Shown: positions 6,556 through 11,753 of the stretch, in pieces
Layout of the letters: every line of letters starts with the position of its first letter
Position numbering within the stretch: the first letter of the stretch is position 1
Source of the DNA: Calditrichaceae bacterium
GTDB lineage: Bacteria; Calditrichota; Calditrichia; Calditrichales; JBFXGD01
Length of the DNA stretch: 11,753 nucleotides
Assembly (NCBI GenBank): GCA_050178385.1
Contig: JBFXGD010000109.1
Span: 1 to 11,753 of the forward strand
Direction of reading: 5' to 3'
Notes under the pieces: model-generated
The model's database searches: none
Seen by the model: the letters and a program-made list of their open reading frames with translations, nothing else
Told to the model about the DNA's origin: nothing
Position numbers and translations under genes: made by a program

Positions 6556-7152
6556 ATGAAGAAGTCGTGGATTATTATTGGTGTTATAATTTTAGTGGTA
6601 ATTTTTCTTTTCACTTCGCTGAAGGGTTATTACAATAACTTCGTCACACTGGAAGAAAATGTAAATCAAAAGTGGTCTCAGGTTGAAAATGTTTATCAGC
6701 GGCGGGCGGACTTGATTCCGAATCTTGTGGAAATCGTGAAGGGATACGCGAGCCATGAACGTGAAACTCTTGAAGCGGTTGTAAACGCGCGTTCAAAAGT
6801 CGGTGGTCAGATAAATATCGGTCCTGAAGTATTGAATAATCCGCAGGCTTTTGCCCAGTTTCAGCAGGCGCAGGGGGCATTGACTTCAGCTTTACAGCGT
6901 TTGATGGTGGTTGTTGAGCGGTATCCCGATTTGAAGGCTGATCAGCGATTCGCGGATCTGCAGACTCAGTTAGAAGGCACCGAAAACCGTATTTCGGTTG
7001 AGCGCGGCCGTTTTAATGAATCAGTTCAGGGCTACAATACATCCATTCGTAAATTCCCGGCGGTGATGCTGGCGGGTATGTTTGGATTTCAGCAAAAAGT
7101 CTATTTTCAGGCGGACGCGGGAAGCGAAAATGCCCCTAAAATTCAATTCTAA
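6556..7152 (+). CDS. lemA: LemA family protein
   Basis: Start moved from 6457 to the ATG at 6556, which has SD GGAGG at 6547-6551, giving 198 aa. N-terminal TM; motifs WSQVENVYQRRADLIPNLVEIVKGYASHE, ERYPDLKA, QLEGTENRISVER, IRKFP. Confidence 0.96.
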   Translation: MKKSWIIIGVIILVVIFLFTSLKGYYNNFVTLEENVNQKWSQVENVYQRRADLIPNLVEIVKGYASHERETLEAVVNARSKVGGQINIGPEVLNNPQAFAQFQQAQGALTSALQRLMVVVERYPDLKADQRFADLQTQLEGTENRISVERGRFNESVQGYNTSIRKFPAVMLAGMFGFQQKVYFQADAGSENAPKIQF

Positions 7153-7164
7153 CATATCATAAAA

Positions 7165-7935
7165 ATGGATTATATGATGTTTCGAAATCTAAAATTATTG
7201 TTCTTTTCTATATTTTTATTCAGCGGGCTTTTCGCCCAGGATGTGCTTCCGGAAAAGCCACAGTCATGGGTCAACGATTATGCGAATATATTGTCGGCAT
7301 CCGAAAAACAGTCATTGTCGGGCATGCTACAAGGACTCGAGCAGCGTTCATCTAATCAGATCTTCATCGCGATTTTTGAGTCAATGCCGGAGAATACCTA
7401 TCTGGAAGATTTTGCCTTAAAATTGTATGATACATGGAAACCGGGTCTGCCCGAGCAGGACAACGGCGTGCTGATGGTCATTTTTATCAATGACAGGAAA
7501 GTCAGGATCGAAGTGGGTTACGGGCTGGAGGATGTCATCACGGATGCCCAGTCGGGAACTGTGATCCGGGATTATATGGCGCCGTATTTTAGACAGGGCG
7601 ATTATTATCACGGCATAGAAGCCGCACTTTCTGTTTTAATACCGGCCGCGGAAGGGAAGTATCAAATTCCGGTCAAATCAAAAAGTAAAAACAAAGACGG
7701 GAATTTCACATACTATATCATCTTGTTTATTTTGGTGATGCTGATATCTAAATTTTTTGGCGGCGGGGGATCAACGGGATACGGGTCACGCAGAAGAGGT
7801 TCAGGATTTGGCGGACCAATAATTTTCGGAGGCTTTGGTGGTGGTTCTTCCGGTGGCGGATTTAGCGGCGGGGGTGGCTTTGGAGGCGGATTCGGTGGAA
7901 TGTCCGGCGGCGGTGGCGCGAGCGGCAGCTGGTAA
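7165..7935 (+). CDS. TPM-domain (YgcG/TLP18.3-like) membrane protein with Gly-rich C-terminus
   Basis: Signal peptide, WVNDYANILS, DNGVL...DRKVRIEVGYGLEDVITD, a TM helix and the tail GGGFGGGFGGMSGGGGASGSW. Usual position after lemA. True start may be 7174 or 7177. Confidence 0.93.
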   Translation: MDYMMFRNLKLLFFSIFLFSGLFAQDVLPEKPQSWVNDYANILSASEKQSLSGMLQGLEQRSSNQIFIAIFESMPENTYLEDFALKLYDTWKPGLPEQDNGVLMVIFINDRKVRIEVGYGLEDVITDAQSGTVIRDYMAPYFRQGDYYHGIEAALSVLIPAAEGKYQIPVKSKSKNKDGNFTYYIILFILVMLISKFFGGGGSTGYGSRRRGSGFGGPIIFGGFGGGSSGGGFSGGGGFGGGFGGMSGGGGASGSW

Positions 7936-7973
7936 TGGGGCAGGATGAATACAGCAAAAAACGGGATTAATTT

Positions 7974-8411
7974 ATGAATGTGAAAAATTTTTTTACAAAA
8001 GATCAAAAAGAGAAAATCATTCAGGCCATCAAGGAAGCGGAGAATGAAACTTCGGGTGAGATTCGAATTCATCTTGAATCCGGATGCAAAGGTGACGCGC
8101 TTGAGCGGACGGTAAAAATCTTTCAAAAATTAAAGATGCATGAGACTCAGCTTCGGAATGGTACCTTAATTTATCTGGCGGTTAAAGATAAAAAATTTGC
8201 CATTTACGGTGATGAAGGCATTAATGAAATTGTGCCTGAAAATTTTTGGAAAGACGTGAAGGATGAGATGCGTGCACATTTTTCAAAAGGTCAGTTCGCG
8301 GAAGGTATCGTTGCCGGGACCTTAAAGGTCGGTGAAAAATTAAAGGAATATTTTCCCTATGAGGATGATGATGTAAATGAATTGCCGGATGATATTTCAA
8401 TTGGTGAATAA
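7974..8411 (+). CDS. TPM-domain protein (short soluble type, lemA operon partner)
   Basis: 145 aa with AIKEAENETSGEIRIH, RNGTLIYLAVKDKKFAIYGDEGI, EYFP...NELPDDIS. Third gene of the conserved lemA-TPM-TPM cluster. Confidence 0.92.
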   Translation: MNVKNFFTKDQKEKIIQAIKEAENETSGEIRIHLESGCKGDALERTVKIFQKLKMHETQLRNGTLIYLAVKDKKFAIYGDEGINEIVPENFWKDVKDEMRAHFSKGQFAEGIVAGTLKVGEKLKEYFPYEDDDVNELPDDISIGE

Positions 8412-8424
8412 AAATAATCAGTAT

Positions 8425-8454
8425 AAAAAAGCGGCCGTTATCGACCGCTTTTTT
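8425..8454 (+). terminator. Intrinsic (probably bidirectional) terminator of the lemA operon
   Basis: AAAAAA-GCGGCCG-TTAT-CGACCGC-TTTTTT: GC stem with one mismatch, flanked by A and T tracts, 13 bp after the stop codon. Confidence 0.85.
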
Positions 8455-8564
8455 GTTTATAACCTGATTCAGGCAGAAAATTTGGGAATTGAATATTTTA
8501 TAGTCATATCAAATCTTTAAACAAAAAAAATTCCATGGTTTACAACGGTTTTCACATGGAATGA

Positions 8565-8595
8565 TTGATTCGCGCCCTTTTTTATTCTATTTTTG
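8565..8595 (+). promoter_or_regulatory. Candidate housekeeping promoter for lpxB
   Basis: TTGATT-17 bp-TATTTT. The -10 region TATTTTTG also fits the TAnnTTTG motif of Bacteroidota-type promoters. Confidence 0.35.
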
Positions 8596-8638
8596 CACGT
8601 GATTTTAACTCCGGATGAACTAATTTAATTGGGATTAT

Positions 8639-9778
8639 ATGGAACAAATGAACAAAATACTTTTGGTAACGGGTGAAGTCTCCGGTGACCATCATGCCGC
8701 TGCGCTTATTAAAGAACTAAAGATACTAAAACCCGGACTTCAGATTACCGGTATCGGTGGCGATATGCTGGAAAATGAAGGGATGCAGCTTCTTTTTCAT
8801 GTCAAAGACATGGCTTTTCTGGGGGTTGGTGAAGTCATTAAACATCTGCCGTTTATCAGAAACGTGCATAATACTTTAATCGGGTGGGCAGAACGGGAAC
8901 GACCTGTTTGCGCCATTCTGATCGATTATCCGGGATTTAACCTAAAAATTGCAAAGTCTTTAAAAAAATTAGGTATCCCCGTAATCTATTACATCAGTCC
9001 GCAATTATGGGCATGGGGTAAAGGCAGAATTGACAAAATTCGAAAATATGTGGACCGTATGGTTGTACTTTTTCCGTTTGAACAGAAATTTTATGAACAA
9101 TACAAAATAGACGCGGAATACGTCGGTCATCCTTTGGTTGATAAACACTTCGCGTATATTCCGGATGAAGCAAAAAAAATTAATACGGATAATATCGTGT
9201 TTGGTTTGCTCCCCGGGAGCCGCAAGCAGGAAGTGGCTTCTCTTCTGCCAAAAATGATTGAAACCGCGAGGATTTTATTCAAAAACAAACAGATTAAATC
9301 GGCTGAGATCATTAAAGTAAAACATCTGCCGCTGGAAATGTTCAGCGATCATCTTGCGGAGGCAGATACATTCATAAAAATAGTCGAAGAACCGATAGAG
9401 AAATGCCTTCAGCGCTTCGATGCCGTGATCGTAGCATCGGGAACAGCGACTTTGGAGACTGCGTACTATGGCGTGCCTATGCTGATCGTTTATCATGTAA
9501 ATCCGCTTACATACTGGCTGGGACGCATGCTTGTCAAAATAGATCATATCGGTTTGGCGAACATCGTGGCGGAATCTCCGGTCGCGATTGAACTGATTCA
9601 AAATGATTTTACTCCGGAGAAGGCCGCGGAACATGTAATGCAAATGCTTGATCAGGATCAAAATTCACAAATTCGGGCAAAACTCAAAATCGTACGAGAA
9701 AAATTAGGCGAGCCCGGAGCATCAAAAAGGGCCGCCTCTGTTGTAGCCCGTTTTTTAGATAATAATCATGTTGAGTAA
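8639..9778 (+). CDS. lpxB: Lipid-A-disaccharide synthase
   Basis: 379 aa with GEVSGD, IDYPGFN, YYISPQLWAW, LFPFE, YVGHPL, LLPGSRKQE, ASGTATLE, GLANIVA, ELIQ. Start could be 8648. Confidence 0.97.
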   Translation: MEQMNKILLVTGEVSGDHHAAALIKELKILKPGLQITGIGGDMLENEGMQLLFHVKDMAFLGVGEVIKHLPFIRNVHNTLIGWAERERPVCAILIDYPGFNLKIAKSLKKLGIPVIYYISPQLWAWGKGRIDKIRKYVDRMVVLFPFEQKFYEQYKIDAEYVGHPLVDKHFAYIPDEAKKINTDNIVFGLLPGSRKQEVASLLPKMIETARILFKNKQIKSAEIIKVKHLPLEMFSDHLAEADTFIKIVEEPIEKCLQRFDAVIVASGTATLETAYYGVPMLIVYHVNPLTYWLGRMLVKIDHIGLANIVAESPVAIELIQNDFTPEKAAEHVMQMLDQDQNSQIRAKLKIVREKLGEPGASKRAASVVARFLDNNHVE

Positions 9779-9903
9779 ACTTCCTTTTTCCGGATGAAAT
9801 GAATCTGGCATATAATCGGGTTATATACAGAAGGTTTACAATTGAATACGGATAAACCAGGCCCCTGTTATTAAATCAATAAAAGGATCAGGGAAAATTA
9901 TTT

Positions 9904-10494
9904 TTGGAAACAAAGAAAAAACTGACAAATTCTCCTTTTGATATAGATCTTATGACCGAGGAATTTCGGATAAATGATCAAAGGGTTGTGATTGAGCGTA
10001 TCAGGAATCTTGATGAACTGGTTGATCAGGTGAGCGATGACCTTTTTAATGAGGATGAGCGGTTGCCCTATTGGGCTGAATTATGGCCATCCGCGATTGC
10101 CATCAGTCGTTTTGTTGCAGCACATCCTGATTTAATCGGGGACAAATCAGTTTTGGAATTAGGGTGCGGCCTGGGATTATCTTCTCTCTTTATCGCACTG
10201 CAAAATCCCGCTTCATTGTTGTTGACGGATTATGAACAGCCGGCATTGGAAATGTCCCTTCGAAATTTTAAGTTAAATAACATTTCTTTACCTGAAACCG
10301 CGATACTCGATTGGCGGCAGCCGGAATTGAACCGGCTTTTTGAAGTGATTATAGCCTCCGATATCCTTTATGAGAAAAGATTTTTTTCTCCGCTTATCAG
10401 GCTTTTTGGTAAATTTCTTGAGCCGGGTGGCCGGATCATAATAGCCGAACCAAACCGCAATATCGCGAAAGAGTTTGTGGGATGCCGGTTATGA
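9904..10494 (+). CDS. Class I SAM-dependent methyltransferase, Methyltransf_16 (protein-lysine MTase-like) family; C-terminus probably frameshifted (original end 10582)
   Basis: Motifs PYWAELWPSA, VLELGCGLG, LTDY, LDW, IIASDILYE, PGGRIIIAEP. TTG start is uncertain (alternative ATG at 9952). A +1 frame continues to TAG at 10580-10582. Confidence 0.88.
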   Translation: METKKKLTNSPFDIDLMTEEFRINDQRVVIERIRNLDELVDQVSDDLFNEDERLPYWAELWPSAIAISRFVAAHPDLIGDKSVLELGCGLGLSSLFIALQNPASLLLTDYEQPALEMSLRNFKLNNISLPETAILDWRQPELNRLFEVIIASDILYEKRFFSPLIRLFGKFLEPGGRIIIAEPNRNIAKEFVGCRL

Positions 10495-10586
10495 ATATGA
10501 TGAAATCAGGGATTCGGTGCGGCAGGGAAAACAATTGATAACCGTGTCCATATACATGATTAAAAAAAGACTGACAGGATAGCTTG

Positions 10587-10862
10587 ATGTTTCGACTCTT
10601 GCCTTCAGAAGTGGATATAGTGCGCGGCTGGAGTGAGAACGCGCTTAAAAAACACGGAATTCCCATGCCGCAGGAAGATGCTCTTCTGAAAAAGATCAGT
10701 CGTCCTGCCGGAGGCACCGGATTGATTCTCGGCAGGGCGGAGCTGGAACTGATACTTGATTGGGCGGAAGAAAATATCAGAAGCCATTATGGCCCGACAA
10801 AATTTATACTCGAGCCTGAAGAATTATTACTAAAAAAGATTGATGACTTTCTCCAAAGTTAA
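10587..10862 (+). CDS. Hypothetical protein built from two internal ~40-aa repeats
   Basis: ATG at 10587 (or TTG at 10584) with AGGA at 10576-10579. Fills the gap between the MTase and the ATPase on the same strand. The visible internal duplication supports coding status. Confidence 0.75.
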   Translation: MFRLLPSEVDIVRGWSENALKKHGIPMPQEDALLKKISRPAGGTGLILGRAELELILDWAEENIRSHYGPTKFILEPEELLLKKIDDFLQS

Positions 10863-10894
10863 TTTTTTAATCCATTTCACGGGATCAGAAATAT

Positions 10895-11753
10895 ATGGCT
10901 CAAACCCAGAAAAAATTACAGACGGATCCCAATTCACTGATATATAAGCTTATTCCGATCGAGGGAATGACTTGCGCGACCTGTGTGGCTCGCGTGGAAA
11001 AAGGCCTGTCCACTCTTCCCGGCGCATCTTCAGTCAATGTAAATTTTGCAACCGAGCAGGCGGCGGTAGGATTTAAACCGGATGAACTTTCAACAATGGA
11101 TGTGATCGAAAGCGTGGAGAAATCCGGCTATATGGTCAAAAAGAATAAAGAGATCATGTCTGTTCCGGGGTTGCAGGACCCTTCTGTTGCCGCAAAAATA
11201 GAAGAGTTTATCGTTAAAATATTCGGTGTTCTGGAAGTTACGGCTAATACCGCGAATGAAACCATTACGCTCAGTTTTATTCCGGGGGCGATTGATCTGG
11301 CCGAAACCGGAAAAATATTGTCGGAAAAATTCGGTTTGAATGTCATCACCGGAGAAGGAAAATCGGAGATTGATAGTATCCTTGTTGATAACCAGTCTTT
11401 GAAAGCCCGAAAAACACTGATTAAATTTGGCGTCGCGGCGGTTCTTTCAGCCGTTGTATTTGTGCTTACCATGCCGGAAATTTTTCCATTTATTACAACA
11501 GTAAAACTAAATATAAGACTGTATATATCACTCGTGTTGACATCGATTGTTCTTTTCGGAGCGGGAGGGCAATTTTTTACGGGATTCTGGAAAGCCCTAA
11601 AAGCCGGCACGGCGGATATGAATTCCCTGATCGCGATCGGTTCGGGAACCGCTTTCTTCTACAGCGCGGTCCTGACTCTTTTCCCCGGTTTTGAATCACT
11701 CCATGTTTATTATGACACGGCTGCTATGATTACGGCTTTTATTCTGTTGGGAA
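10895..11753 (+). CDS. copA: Heavy-metal-translocating P1B-type ATPase, CopA-like (5' part; runs off the window end)
   Basis: Not in the ORF track; translated by hand: MAQTQKK...IPIEGMTCATCVARVEKGLSTLPGASSVNVNFATEQA...GQFFTGFWKALKAGTADMNSLIAIGSGTAFFYS...HVYYDTAAMITAFILLG. Has an HMA GMTCxxC domain and TM motifs typical of Cu(I) ATPases. CPC and DKTGT lie outside the window, so metal specificity is inferred. Confidence 0.9.
   Translation, partial: MAQTQKKLQTDPNSLIYKLIPIEGMTCATCVARVEKGLSTLPGASSVNVNFATEQAAVGFKPDELSTMDVIESVEKSGYMVKKNKEIMSVPGLQDPSVAAKIEEFIVKIFGVLEVTANTANETITLSFIPGAIDLAETGKILSEKFGLNVITGEGKSEIDSILVDNQSLKARKTLIKFGVAAVLSAVVFVLTMPEIFPFITTVKLNIRLYISLVLTSIVLFGAGGQFFTGFWKALKAGTADMNSLIAIGSGTAFFYSAVLTLFPGFESLHVYYDTAAMITAFILLG

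Noticed and set aside
7713..8126. Pro-rich minus-strand ORF
   Set aside because: It is the antisense shadow of the Gly-rich tail of the TPM protein.
6556..8411. lemA-TPM-TPM cluster as a novel system
   Set aside because: It is a widely conserved, already recognised gene cluster, and nothing atypical is visible here.
8531..8561. Inverted repeat TTCCATG-N17-CATGGAA upstream of the lpxB promoter
   Set aside because: Short arms with a long spacer and no matching regulator or second copy, so it cannot be distinguished from chance.
8639..9778. lpxB without neighbouring lpxA or rnhB
   Set aside because: Dispersed lpx genes are common outside Proteobacteria, so this is not unusual.
11128..11610. 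160-aa minus-strand ORF
   Set aside because: It is antisense to the CopA-like ATPase, which is clearly the coding frame.

Overview
Bacterial (Gram-negative, lpxB present) chromosomal window with copper/heavy-metal genes at both ends and housekeeping or conserved genes in the middle. The left half (minus strand) encodes a membrane-sensing histidine kinase, a sigma54-dependent NtrC-family regulator (GAFTGA), an 85-aa His/Cys/Met-rich membrane protein, a TolC-family outer-membrane factor and a CusB-like RND adaptor cut off by the window edge. A full sigma54 promoter layout (TGT-N10-ACA palindrome, IHF consensus, -24/-12 box) sits in front of the efflux operon and predicts an almost leaderless transcript. 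The tolC-adaptor junction is split by 635 bp of mosaic repeats: two 149-bp direct repeats plus a partial third copy that supplies the tolC stop codon, heptamer microsatellites and several REP-like hairpins. The right half (plus strand) encodes AmmeMemoRadiSam protein B (MEMO1 family), lemA plus two TPM-domain genes with a terminator, lpxB, an apparently frameshifted Methyltransf_16-like methyltransferase, a ~91-aa hypothetical protein made of two internal repeats, and the 5' part of a CopA-like P1B ATPase whose second HMA domain lacks cysteines. No database searches were possible, so family calls rest on recognised motifs.
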